From assembly GCF_003918875.1 (NCBI RefSeq), contig NW_025767593.1, positions 248,001 through 312,000 of the forward strand: a stretch of DNA of 64,000 bases. The letters run 5' to 3'. Below are positions 1 through 11,699 of this stretch, in pieces (position 1 is the stretch's first letter; every line of letters begins with the position of its first letter). Under the pieces are notes generated by a model. That model had not been told where the DNA came from and made no database searches. It saw nothing but the letters and a program-made list of their open reading frames with translations. The translations under genes were made by a program, and so were the position numbers. Source of the stretch: Haliotis rubra (lineage: Eukaryota).

Positions 1-288
1 GTTTTTTGCACTCTTTTAAACCATTACATATGAAAGATTTATGGTTAGTCTTATGCGGAAAACAAATTTCATTCTTAAAAAACTTGTGGTTAAATTATAC
101 CGAGGGATTAAAAGTTGCCAAAAAGTCGCCTGCTTCACTCTCGCCCGCCAACGAAACCACAGACAGCTCACGTAACTCTGTCGCCAGAGCACTGCAATGA
201 CGTCATGTGAGTAAGGATTTTCAATTAGTTGTATATAAATTGTGTAGCAAGCTCGTCATTTTGATGATTTCTCGACATCAACGAAGAC

Positions 289-462
289 ATGCCGAATCGT
301 TGCGTTGTCGTCAATTGGTCCTAGGGGTCGGTCGATGGTGTCACCATGCACAGATTTCCACAGGACCCAGTTCGTGCTAAATGGGTTATGTTTGTGAGTG
401 CGAAGCGATCGTTGTGGAAGCCTGGAACGATATCTTACTCGTGTTCAGATCGCTTCACGGAA
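289..462 (+). pseudogene. Degenerate THAP zinc-finger domain fragment (DNA-transposon-derived), truncated by a MITE
   Basis: Manual translation from ATG 289 gives MPNRCVVVNWS*GSVDGVTMHRFPQDPVRAKWVMFVSAKRSLWKPGTISYSCSDRFTE. This fits the THAP pattern (C-x4-C ... FP ... W ... CSxHF) with C>W, H>R and an in-frame stop. Confidence 0.7.
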
Positions 463-742
463 GTTAAAGAATCAAAACTACTTACTAGTTGTAGTAAAAT
501 ATGTATATGATTGATAACCATAGAGATTTTCCATGACACAACTTGTAACATAACGATTTGTTCCTCGGAAGTGAGGTTGTGGTCGAAGTGACAATAATAT
601 TGTAAGTAGTATTATATTGACACCCACCTCGCTTCCACGAGAGAAATTGTTATGTTATACGCTATGTCATGCAAAATCCTATTGGCCATCAATCAAATAC
701 ATATATTTAACTACCAGTAGAAAGTAGTTTTGATTTTGTAAC
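463..742. mobile_element. ~280-bp fold-back MITE
   Basis: GTTAAAGAATCAAAACTACTT... at 463 is the imperfect reverse complement of ...AAAGTAGTTTTGATTTTGTAAC ending at 742. The arms pair imperfectly along most of the length. A further left-arm copy lies at 874-990. Confidence 0.7.
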
Positions 743-2965
743 TCGGTGAAAACAAACCTAAATTAAAAAGGCATTTATCCTCAGACTGGCGGATGTTCGC
801 GACAGGGCGCCGCCATTTTTGAAAATCGTAAAGTCACGGGCTAAAGTCTGTTAGAATTATAGTTTATCATCAAGTTAGAAAATCAAAACTACTTTCTACT
901 CCTAGTTAAATATGTATTTGAATCATGACCAAACTTATAACATAACGATGTCTTCCGCGGAAGCGAGGTGGGGCTCGAAGTGACAATACTGCCCGATACA
1001 TTTCTTGCTACATTCACGTGGTTAACGTGCACTCACCAGTATGTAGATACTAGTCAATGTGCGTCTTTATATTTGGTCTTTTAATCCTAATTAGTTTATT
1101 ATCATAATTGTATGCATTTTGAAACTAAATAAAAAGAAGACGATCTGCTGATACTTATAGTGAATTCATAACAGGACTGTAATATCTAGACATTTTATAC
1201 TTTGCCAATGTGAATCATAATTCGCACACACGCCCTAGTGGTATGTTGTCTGTCTTATTACACGTCACGGCGAAAACAATGATTCTGTTGAATGCTACGA
1301 CAAATGAATAAAAACAAAATGCAAAAATTACAATTAAAACAGATTAAAGTTATAGGAACAATGTCAAGCTATTACCTTGTTCGAGGAATGTATCCATCAA
1401 TATCCACAAAAACGAGTGATATGCCATTCATCTGCAGCTGTTCCAAGAGATGTGTCTTTTTACAGTCTAATATACGAAAAGGTGATATATCGTTTCAGGT
1501 ATTTCACATTGGTGTATAGTCTCACTGGTCACCCAAGATAGCACACCTGGCAACTAATTGCATAATGTCCGCCATTCTTGAAAAATAAAGTAATTTAGTT
1601 AGCCAATAGTGAGCAATCAATCAATGTATTGGCTGTTAATCCTCTGAAAGAAGGACGTTGTTTTTACAGTGACACGACTGTATTCAGTAGTAGATAAGTA
1701 AATCTACATACATAAACTCTACCTTTTGAAAAATCCACTGTGCAAGATAAAAGTAATAAATCAATCAGATTTGATCGATGTTTATAGTGTTGAGTATTGT
1801 GTCCAGACACAAGAAATGCCAAATGGGAACCTTTGTCGGGTAATCTAAGCGGTGTTACGACTAATTATACCTGTTATAAATTCATTAACTGACCATCAAG
1901 TGAATGATGACAAATAACATGTTTAGGGTATAAACACGGGTTACAACAAGGGAGTATTAATTGCTGTATTGCATGCAATTTTAATTGCATGTGAAAACTT
2001 GTGGACCGACATTGTTTTGCGAATACGAACAGTACTTCATCGTTGCGTAAGAAATACATATAATCATTTGCTGTGTGCTAAAACTGTATGTACCTATTAA
2101 CCTAAATACATTTCAGATTCTTCTAGCAATGGGTTGTTTTGTTTACGGATTCAAATAAATCAAATGTCAATTTTTAATATCATACGTAATAGACGCCATA
2201 TTTTACATGACATGATTAAATATCGAGGTACAAAAACACAGAAATGGGATCAATTCTGATCAGTCATACCATCCAGGCATTAGAAAACTTGAAAAAGCCC
2301 ACACTGCTTTGATACTTTATTATAATCAGACAAGAACTACCGGGGACTTTTTCAAATAACTGCATCTGATAGGCATCCACCCTTCCTAATGTCGCACTGT
2401 TTAGGTTGAAGAAATTAACCGTAACCGTGATGAGCGAGGCTGATCACCGTTTTCACTATCACTAGAGTCTGACTCGAACAAATAAGGCCTAGCGACACCA
2501 AGCGAATTTGACAGAATCGTCTATGAAAACAAGTTGTAACTTGGAAACTAGGCAAAGCAGGAGACAAACTTAAACGACAGTTGACAGTAGATTGTGAGAA
2601 CATATTGCTTTCAGTTTTCACATCAGTTGTCACGATTTCATGTTTATACAAACCTGTAAACACGATAATTTACCCCCTGAAAAGTACATGAATTCTGCAT
2701 CGGCCCTCATTTCTATTCCTCACATGACGTCACAGAGACGCTCCGCTCTGATTGGTTGAAATTTCGTTCGCGGATGAGAATTGTGCACTGTTGTCAAAAA
2801 GGTCAATTTAAGTTAATTAAAGATCGAAATGGGTAGTTTTAATGACGGGGTTTCATTTCTAACGATGACAATTAGTGATTTATGTATTTGTACCCCCCTC
2901 GAGTATACGTGATCTTTTAGGAACATTTCACCAACATCCACACATTCATAACAACTTATGCAAAT

Positions 2966-5900
2966 GTTTATACTGTAGTTACACTTCAACAGCAACAGAT
3001 ACCAGTATTTATACACTAGTTACACTTCAACAGCACCAGATACCAGTATTTATACACTAGTTACACTTCAACAGCACCAGATACCAGTGTTTATACACTA
3101 GTTACACTTCAACAGCACCAGATACCAGTGTTTATACACTAGTTACACTTCAACAGCAAATCTACAGATAGTATACACAATTCAACAGCACCAGATACCA
3201 GTGTTTATACTGTAGTTACAATTCAACAGCAACAGATACCGAGTATTTATACACTAGTTACACTTCAACAGCACCAGATACGAGATACCAATTTTATAGT
3301 TGCCACTCTAGTTACACTTCAACAGCAACGGATACGAGTGAACTTCAACGGCAACAGTTTATACTGTAGTTACACTCTTCAACGGCACCTAGTGTTTATA
3401 CACTGGTTACAGAGATTCAACAGCAACAGATACTGTGTTTATGCACTAGTTACACTTCAACAGCAACAGATACCAGTGTTCTTACACTGGGTACACTTCA
3501 ACATACCAAAGTGCCATCGCTACCCTTCAACAGCAACAGATACCAGTGTTTATACACAAGTTACCCTTCAGCAGCAACAGATACCAGTGTGTTTATACAC
3601 TAGTTACACTTCAACAGCAACAGATATACCAGTGCATGAGATACCACAGTATTTATATAGTGTTACCAGTTATACTACCAGTGTTTATACAGGCTACTCT
3701 TCAACAGTAACAGATTCAGTGTTTATACACTAGGTAACACTTCAACAATTCAACGGCACCAGATGCAGAGTATTTTATACTCTGGTTACACTTCAACAGC
3801 AACGGATACCAGTGTTCTTACACTAACAGCGTTTATACACAAGTTACCCTTCAACAGCAACAGATACCAGTGTGTTTATACACTAGTTACGCTTACACTA
3901 GCGGTTACACTTCAACAGCAACAGATACCGATGTTTATGTTTATGGTAACTGTTACACTTCAACGGATTTACGCTAAACGGCATGAGATACCAGCATTTA
4001 TACACTAGTTACAATTCAACAGCACAGTTACAATTCAACAGCAGATACCAGTATTTATACAGAAGCATACTCAGTTACATCAACACCTGTGTTTATACTC
4101 TAGTTTCAACAGCAACAGATACCAGTAAGTTTATACTGTAGTTACACTTCAACAGCACAACAAATACCAGTATTTATACACTAGTTACAATTCAACAGCA
4201 ACAGATACCTGTGTTTATACACTAGTTACACTTCAACAGCAACAGATACCGAACAGATACCAGTGTTCTTACACTAGGTACACTTCAACAGCAACAGATA
4301 CCAGTGTTTATACACAAGTTACCCTTCAACAGCAACAGATACCAGTGTTTATACACTAGTTACACTTCAACAGCAACAGATACCAGTGTTCTTACACTAG
4401 GTACACTTCAACAGCAACAGATACCAGTGTTTATACTGTAGTTAAACTTCAACGGCAACAGATACGAGTGTTTATACTGTAGTTACACTTCAACAGCACC
4501 AAATACCAGTATTTATACACTAGTTACAATTCAACAGCAACAGATACCTGTGTTTATACACTAGTTACACTTCAACAGCAACAGATACCAGTGTTCTTAC
4601 ACTAGGTACACTTCAACAGCAACAGATACCAGTGTTTATACACAAGTTACCCTTCAACAGCAACAGATACCAGTGTTTATACACTAGTTACACTTCAACA
4701 GCAACAGATACCAGTGTTCTTACACTAGGTACACTTCAACAGCAACAGATACCAGTGTTTATACTCTAGTTACACGTCAATGGCAACAGATACCAGCGTT
4801 TATACACTAGTTACACTTCAACAGCAACAGATACCAGTGTTTATGCACTAGTTATACTTCAACGGCATGAGATACCAGTATTTATACACTAGTTACTCTT
4901 CAACAGCAACAAATACCAGTGTTTATACACTAGTTACACTTCATCGGCAACAGATACCATTGTTTATACACTAGTTACACTTCAACAGCAACGGATACCA
5001 GTGTTTATACAGAAGCTACTCTTCAACAGTAACAGATACCAGTGTTTATACACTAGGTACACTTCAACAGCAACAGATACCAATGTTTATACACTTGTTA
5101 CACTTCAACAGCAAATATACCAGTGCTTATACACTAGTTACATTTCAACAGCAACAGATACCAGCGTTTATACACTAGTTACACTTCAACAGCAACAGAT
5201 ACCAGTGTTTATACACAAGTTACCCTTCAACAGCAACAGATACCAGTGTTTATACACTAGTTACACTTCAACAGCAACAGATACCAGTGTTCTTACACTA
5301 GGTACACTTCAACAGCAACAGATACCAGTGTTTATACTCTAGTTACACGTCAATGGCAACAGATACCAGCGTTTATACACTAGTTACACTTCAACAGCAA
5401 CAGATACCAGTGTTTATGCACTAGTTATACTTCAACGGCATGAGATACCAGTATTTATACACTAGTTACACTTCAACAGCAACGGATACCAGTGTTCTTA
5501 CACTAGTTACACTTCAACAGCAACAGATACCAGTGTTTATACACAAGTTACCCTTCAACAGCAACAGATACCAGTGTTTATACACTAGTTACACTTCAAT
5601 AGCAACACATACCAGTGTTCTTACACTAGGTACACTTCAACAGCAACAGATACCAGTGTTTATACACCAGTTACACGTCAATGGTAACAGATACCAGTGT
5701 TTATACACTAGTTACACTTCAACAGCAACAGACACCAGTGTTTATACTCTAGTTACACTTCAACAGCAACAGATACCAGTGTTTATACACTAGTTATACT
5801 TCAACGGCATGAGATACCAGTATTTATACACTAGTTACTCTTCAACAGCAACAAATACCAGTGTTTATACACTAGTTACACTTCATCGGCAACAGATACC

Positions 5901-6320
5901 ATTGTTTATACACTAGTTACACTTCAACAGCAACGGATACCAGTGTTTATACAGAAGTTACTCTTCAACAGCAACAGATACCAGTGTTTATACACTAGGT
6001 ACACTTCAACAGCAACAGATACCAATGTTTATACACTTGTTACACTTCAACAGCAAAACATACCAGTGCTTATACACTAGTTTCATTTCAACAGCAACAG
6101 ATACCAGCGTTTATACACTAGTTACACTTCAACAGCAACAGATACCATTGTTTATACACTAGTTACACTTCAACAGCAACAGATACCAGTGTTTATACAC
6201 TAGTTCCACTTCAACAGAAAAGATACCAGTGTTTATACACGAGTTACACTTCAACAGCAACAGATACCAGTGTTTATACACGAGTTACACTTCAACAGCA
6301 AAAGATACCAGTGTTTTATA
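2966..6320 (+). repeat. 41-bp minisatellite (ACACTAGTTACACTTCAACAGCAACAGATACCAGTGTTTAT)n, ~80 units, in an SLC5 intron
   Basis: Direct tandem repeat. It is scrambled at ~3150-4250 and regular afterwards. Confidence 0.97.
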
Positions 6321-6385
6321 ATAATGTTTATTGTTTCCAAATAGTCCGTGACTCGGGTTGAAGTGATGTTTGTGTCTGTTTGCAG

Positions 6386-6486
6386 CGATCCCTTCCACGC
6401 AATGTATACGCTGAGCTATCTGTATTACACCCCTACAGCCATGACGATCCTGGTCATCGTCGGACTCATAGTTAGTTTTATAACAG
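6386..6486 (+). CDS. SLC5 sodium:solute symporter (SMCT/SMVT/NIS-like), third-last exon encoding the last TM helix
   Basis: Acceptor tttgcag| and donor |gtttgt. Translates DPFHAMYTLSYLYYTPTAMTILVIVGLIVSFITG, matching the 'YxLSYLYY...VGLIVSxxTG' last helix of SLC5A5/6/8/12. Splice phases join cleanly to the next two exons. Confidence 0.85.
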
Positions 6487-6547
6487 GTTTGTAGAACACG
6501 TCTTCGTCAGTCTTTCCAACGTCAACAAGTGCTATTGGTCCTCTCTT

Positions 6548-6941
6548 TGACTTAATGCTGCCATTGATGCAGGGACATATTGACATCTCCTTGACTTATG
6601 CCGCCATTAATTCAGGACATATTGACATCTTCTTGACTTAATGCCGCCATTCATGCTGGGAATATTGACATCTCCTTGACTTTATGCGCGATTGATGCAG
6701 GACATATTGACATCCCCTTGACTTATGCCGCCATTAATTAAGGACATATTGACATCTTCTTGACTTAATGCCGCCATTCATGCAGGGAATATTAGCATCT
6801 CCTTGACTTTATGCCGTCATTGTTGCAGGACATATTGACATCTCCTTGACTTATGCCGCCATTAATGCAGGACATATGCAGGACTTAATGCCGCCATTGT
6901 TGCAGGACATATTAGCATCCCCTTGACTTAATACCGCCATT
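6548..6941 (+). repeat. ~42-bp minisatellite (CTTGACTTATGCCGCCATTAATGCAGGACATATTGACATCTC)n, ~9 units, intronic
   Basis: Direct tandem repeat between the SLC5 exons. Confidence 0.9.
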
Positions 6942-6985
6942 GGTTGATGAGTCGATGTTACCTGTAGTGAATGTTCATTTGACAG

Positions 6986-7104
6986 GTCCCCGGGAACCAT
7001 CGAGTATCGATCCTCGTCTCATCTGTCCTTTGTTCGACCGCCTCTTCCCCTGTCTGCCTGAGGCGATCCTCAAACCCCTCAGATTTGGGGTCAACCACAA
7101 AGGG
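6986..7104 (+). CDS. SLC5 symporter, penultimate exon
   Basis: Acceptor ttgacag| and donor |gttagt. Translates GPREPSSIDPRLICPLFDRLFPCLPEAILKPLRFGVNHKG, containing the SLC5 'DPxLIxP' cytosolic motif, in phase with both neighbours. Confidence 0.85.
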
Positions 7105-7317
7105 GTTAGTGAAAGATATTGATAAAACGAATCCTGATTGTTTTTAAGTGATGTGTAAAGTGCAGGATATGTTACTAAACGTTTTAAGGCACACATCTAA
7201 TACCAACAATGGGCATGAGCCCACCAACATTGTACTGCATTATAAAATGGTTCATATTTTTGCATGTAAACACATCCATTATAAGGTAAAGTCATGCAAT
7301 ATGTGTTTTGGTTTCAG

Positions 7318-7509
7318 AAGTACGACCTATCAATGACCAAGTCAGAGGATCCTGTTGAACATGCAACTGGACAACAGGTTGGTGTTGTTGAAGATTCACC
7401 AGGTCGGCAGCAAACAGATATGATCTCCAAGCCAGGAGACGAATGCGGTGATAACCGTCTGGGCTTCCAGGGAGATGAAAATTCGCTACATCGCGACAGT
7501 GTTGTGTAG
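7318..7509 (+). CDS. SLC5 symporter, terminal exon
   Basis: Acceptor gtttcag|, phase 0. Translates KYDLSMTK...GFQGDENSLHRDSVV*, ending in a class I PDZ-type S-x-V motif. Confidence 0.75.
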   Translation, partial: KYDLSMTKSEDPVEHATGQQVGVVEDSPGRQQTDMISKPGDECGDNRLGFQGDENSLHRDSVV

Positions 7510-7584
7510 CCTGTGGACATTTGTTCATCACTGAACGTTACAACCTGATGAATACGTATCAGAATCTATTCTTACTCAGACGGA

Positions 7585-8350
7585 ATTGGGGTGATAGGAA
7601 ACGACAATCGAGGACCATTGTGTACGTTTTCATGGACCATATCGGATCGGGGCACGTTTTCTGCTGTCTCCCTCGTATTCACCCGGCTGGTACAAATACC
7701 TAATACTGACCCAGTCCGGTAATTTGTTCTCTGTTTTATCACGATGTGCCGCTGCCGACGACGATTCGACAGATTTCATTTTGATGGCTTCGACGGGTCT
7801 CTTGCCAACGAGTCTGGTGACTTCGCTGTTGATGGCCCCATCACTCGCGGCAAGCGTTCGACCCATTCCGTATTTCTGTTTCCGGGATGGATTAAATCCC
7901 GACATTACTGGTGTGAGAATAGGCGTTCGGCTAAAGTGCGATTGAATCTCTCGAGGATCGCTTGGCTGCAGTGAGCTCGGCCACGCCTCGTCTCACCTGA
8001 ACATTGTGCTTGGCCAGCAGCTGCGACACAGCTCACATGAACTCGCGTCCTGGATTGATTTGCAATACGGCAGGCCATGCCAAGCGATTGCGCATGTATA
8101 TGCATTCTAAGGCTTTGGCGACTTCTTTCAAATGTTTCGTCGTCAATGGTTCGGCTTCTTAGTCGCGACTGGCAACGTCGACGATGGTAAGGGCATACCA
8201 GTAGGTTTTACGCCTCACAATGTCGTGAGGTAGAAACAGGAGGTCGGCTTGATGAACGTGATACAGTGTCGAAATGTCGAATTTTCTTCTCGGGATGTAT
8301 CGAGGCGCCGGCAGGTAAACTTGCCAGATAGCTTGTTTTTTAAGCCAACC
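7585..8350 (-). mobile_element. Polinton/Maverick (adintovirus-like) rve integrase remnant
   Basis: Minus-strand translation gives WLKKQAIWQVYLPAPRYIPRRKFD...HQADLLFLPHD...YALTIVDVASR..., then QAILERFNRTLAERLF and IRYLYQPGEYEG. DDE integrase motifs are present with stops and frameshifts. Confidence 0.8.
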
Positions 8351-8354
8351 TTTG

Positions 8355-9390
8355 TCGTTTGTTGATATTCGGACATCCAGTTCGGGTTCTCCGTTAATAG
8401 TTCGGGAGCTAGCGGATAGCTGTTGTGCAATTCGTGTAATTCTGCAGGATATTCCAAGTCCACTTCGAGTATGTAGCCTTTGTTCGAATCTGGCGCGATA
8501 CTATCGACGTCTATATCGAATGAGACCCATTCGAATCCCCAGGTGGGTAGATACTGACTCATGGCCCAGCCATACAGGCTGTTGGCATCGAGATAGAGGA
8601 TGTGTTTGCTCGGTTTGCTCGTGTCGTGACCTGGAACGTACTTGTTGTTGGCTTTGGCATACCGTTTGGAGGCCGTTGAAATCCCGCCTCGCAAGCCTTT
8701 CTCTACGAACAGGTGCATGTCGTAATCCGTCAGTTCCACGCCGGTCTTTTTCAACAAGGCGTCCCGAGAGAGACCGGGGGAGGAGAAATATCATGCGGGG
8801 TCTAGGCGGTACTGTTTCGAGCACGTTTTCTGACTATTTCCTACACCTAGGCCAGCAGCAGCACATCGTTTTTTAAGTAAAGGTTGTGGTAGTCACCCAA
8901 ATTCTTGCAGCCCAGTTTGTCCAACATGTTCAGGGCGTGCGCATAATCGTCCGGGGTGATGGTCGAGTCGGTCAAGTTGTTGTAAAAGCGATCGATGGGA
9001 GGCAATCGCGTCTCGTCAAACCTGGACCAGTCGTCCATGTATTCGTAGGGGTAGACCCCCTTCCTCAGCAGCAGAGGTCGAGTACCGGCGTCGGTGTATC
9101 AGTTGGTGATGTCAAAGTCGTCCGGGGAGACAACTGCAGGAACTGAACGCTGTCGATAAATTTCAAATCGTCTAACGAGAACGAGATGTATTTTTACCCG
9201 TTGTTGGGTCTGCATGTTATGTTACCGTCGACCTTCACGATGGCCTGCATGATCAAGTGAGAATCGTACCCACGAAGATTGTGGAACACGGCGGGCATTT
9301 TGATGGTTTTGGGATTGATTTTGAAGTTGCACGCGTTGTAAGCGGCGGCCCCTCTGTAATTACCGGTGACGTCACAATGATCTCTCACGG
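8355..9390 (-). mobile_element. Polinton/adintovirus-like protein-primed family B DNA polymerase remnant (N-terminal half)
   Basis: VRDHCxxTGxYRGAA; VFHNLRGYDSHLI (exonuclease); YLKNDVLLLA; GLRGGIS; YLDANSLYGWAMSQYLP (motif A); GYILEVDLEYP...YPLAPE. Frameshifted and truncated before motifs B/C. Confidence 0.88.
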
Positions 9391-10200
9391 AATCGAAATG
9401 AACACTCTGACAAGTGACAAGCACAGGATATACGATTTAAGGCTGAATAAAAATTCGTTGTCAGCGATGGATACGAAAGGATTCAACTTAAAAGCAATGT
9501 CATTATTTAGCATTGACAGAATTTCTAACTGTGATATAGATATGTCTTTGTAAGTCAGTCGTATTAATTTGTGCCACACCTGCCTCTTGCCACGGAGGCT
9601 TCACACACTGGTAAGTCAGTCGTATTGTGAAACACTCCATCCCACTCACCAGTAGTAGCCTGACATGCATCTCCATCACACAGGTCACAGGACAGGACAC
9701 TCAAATGTAGACCTATAATTCTGTGAATTAAGAAGACAGCAATTTTCTGAATGCTTTACTACCAATGTTGTGTTTTACGTTGCATGTGACCTTTAACTTC
9801 AAAAGCAGTCAACATACTGCATTCTTGCATGGCTTAATTGTTTTATGTCCTTTTCAAAAGGGAGAGCTATTCACGCTATTTCAACCACATTCATGGTTGA
9901 AACAGAGTCACGAAAATACAACCACAAACAACATTACAAGTGACCACAGAAGTGATCGTTTCCTGTATTTAAAATATACTGTTCACAATAATTCTGTTAA
10001 TGCACTTTCTGTAAAACACATTAGAATGCATGCCGAAAGGTTCATCTACAACTGGGTGTCCTACATTACCGGATCTGTTTTCATGCATAAATACACGTGC
10101 ACATAAAGTCACGTAAATCAGACTTAATTAAATTGGTTACATGACTTAGCGATACCATCTCTCGGTGGGGCGGATGGTCACGTGACTGCATTCAAGGAAT

Positions 10201-11649
10201 CTAGCACCAGCCGGGGCTCCAGACACCGTTAAAGTTGACCGGGTTAGATCGAGGGTCAGAAGGTGGATCCATCGCAGGCACCCGAGTCGCATTCTTCAGG
10301 GCCAGCATCTGCAGGAGGAAGTTGACGAGGGTGGGGTTGTCCTTCGAGATGTCATGGTGCTCCGTGGGGTCGGCGCGGATGTTGAAAAGCATGACACTGT
10401 CAGAGGGAGAGTCGTCCATGGCAGAGCCGTCTATGTCAGACCCAGCAGGGGGGTACCACCCTGCGTACCCAGGGTCACCAACGATCAACTTCAGGTCTCC
10501 CCATCTGAGAGCTGCGGCGTAGTGGTCGTCGTAGATGTTGTAGACAAATTCATTCCTTATGCTACTGCCTCCGTTCAGGATCATGTCGACTTGACTCATT
10601 CCGTCGATATCCAGTTTACTGGAGTCTCCCCCAGCTATGTCCAGTAACGTAGGGTACCAGTCCACAGCATGGAACATCCCAGGGTGAGTGTAGCCTCTCT
10701 TCTTCAGCAGAGTCTTACTGTAGACGAAACCGGCTCCTCTGGTTCCTCCCTCCCATAATGTAGTTTTTCCGCCCCTCAGAGGCCAGTTATTACCACCAGC
10801 AAAGGGAAGCCCACCATTGTCTGTTGTAAACACAAGTAGCAGATTGTCCATGAATCCAAGGTCCTCCAGGACGGTGGTGATGTTGTACACAGCATCGTCC
10901 AAAGCACTCACCATACCACTGTAAACCATCCTATCCAAATCATGAATGTGGCTGTAGCGATCGGAATATTTAGCAGGCACCTGCAGGGGTCCATGTACAG
11001 CTTGAAACGGCAGGTACAGATACATGGGCTTGGATTTGTCGTGGTTCATTATGATATCGATGGCTCTCTTTACAAACACGTACGTGGAGTACTCCCCTTG
11101 TGCGTCTTTGTAGACCTCTGTCATGTTTCTGAAGTCATATCCATAGTAATCAGCTAGCTCGTCCCTGACATGAGTGAAATAGTCCTCCATACCTGCATAG
11201 TAGCCCATGAAGGTGTCGAAGCCTCTGTAGGTGGGAGTGTACTTCAAGTTACAGAAGCCGAGGTGCCACTTGCCGACCATGTGGGTATCATAGCCGAGGG
11301 TCTTCAACCTCTGTGGGATGGTGATTATGTCCGCCGGCATGTACTTGGGTTGTTCTATAAAGACTACATTATCCTGGAGCCCCGTGTGGTAGGGGAACTT
11401 GCCCGACATGAAGCAGTTTCTTGAGGGGGAACACAGCGGTAGGACGTAGGAGGAGTTGAGGATGACGCCGTCACGGGCGAGGCGGTCAAGTGTCGGCGTC
11501 TGGATGTCCGGGTTGATCCAGCCGACGTCATTCCAGCCAAGGTCATCTGCCACGATGAAGACGATGTGTGGTTTGTCAGCAGCAGCAACAGTGCTTGTGA
11601 AACACGAGACGACCACAGCAGCGAGAACAGTGTAAAGCGTCATGGCCAT
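10201..11649 (-). CDS. Arylsulfatase B-like sulfatase, copy 1 (482 aa, intronless, signal peptide)
   Basis: Uninterrupted ORF with hydrophobic N-terminus. Contains ADDLG, CSPSR (formylglycine motif), GKWHLG, AVHGPL, TDNGG and RGGK, and the animal ARSB-type C-terminus. Start placed at MAMTL by alignment to the paralogs. Confidence 0.95.
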   Translation of the reverse strand: MAMTLYTVLAAVVVSCFTSTVAAADKPHIVFIVADDLGWNDVGWINPDIQTPTLDRLARDGVILNSSYVLPLCSPSRNCFMSGKFPYHTGLQDNVVFIEQPKYMPADIITIPQRLKTLGYDTHMVGKWHLGFCNLKYTPTYRGFDTFMGYYAGMEDYFTHVRDELADYYGYDFRNMTEVYKDAQGEYSTYVFVKRAIDIIMNHDKSKPMYLYLPFQAVHGPLQVPAKYSDRYSHIHDLDRMVYSGMVSALDDAVYNITTVLEDLGFMDNLLLVFTTDNGGLPFAGGNNWPLRGGKTTLWEGGTRGAGFVYSKTLLKKRGYTHPGMFHAVDWYPTLLDIAGGDSSKLDIDGMSQVDMILNGGSSIRNEFVYNIYDDHYAAALRWGDLKLIVGDPGYAGWYPPAGSDIDGSAMDDSPSDSVMLFNIRADPTEHHDISKDNPTLVNFLLQMLALKNATRVPAMDPPSDPRSNPVNFNGVWSPGWC

Positions 11650-11699
11650 GTAGCAATTGAGGACATGGACCTTCTGCGTTAAGGTCAGTGTGTATCTCA

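Noticed and set aside
2875-5793. ORFs with repeated TLQQQQIPVFIH / YTSTATDTSV peptides
   Set aside because: They are translations of the 41-bp minisatellite. The unit is not a multiple of three and no splice or domain evidence supports them.
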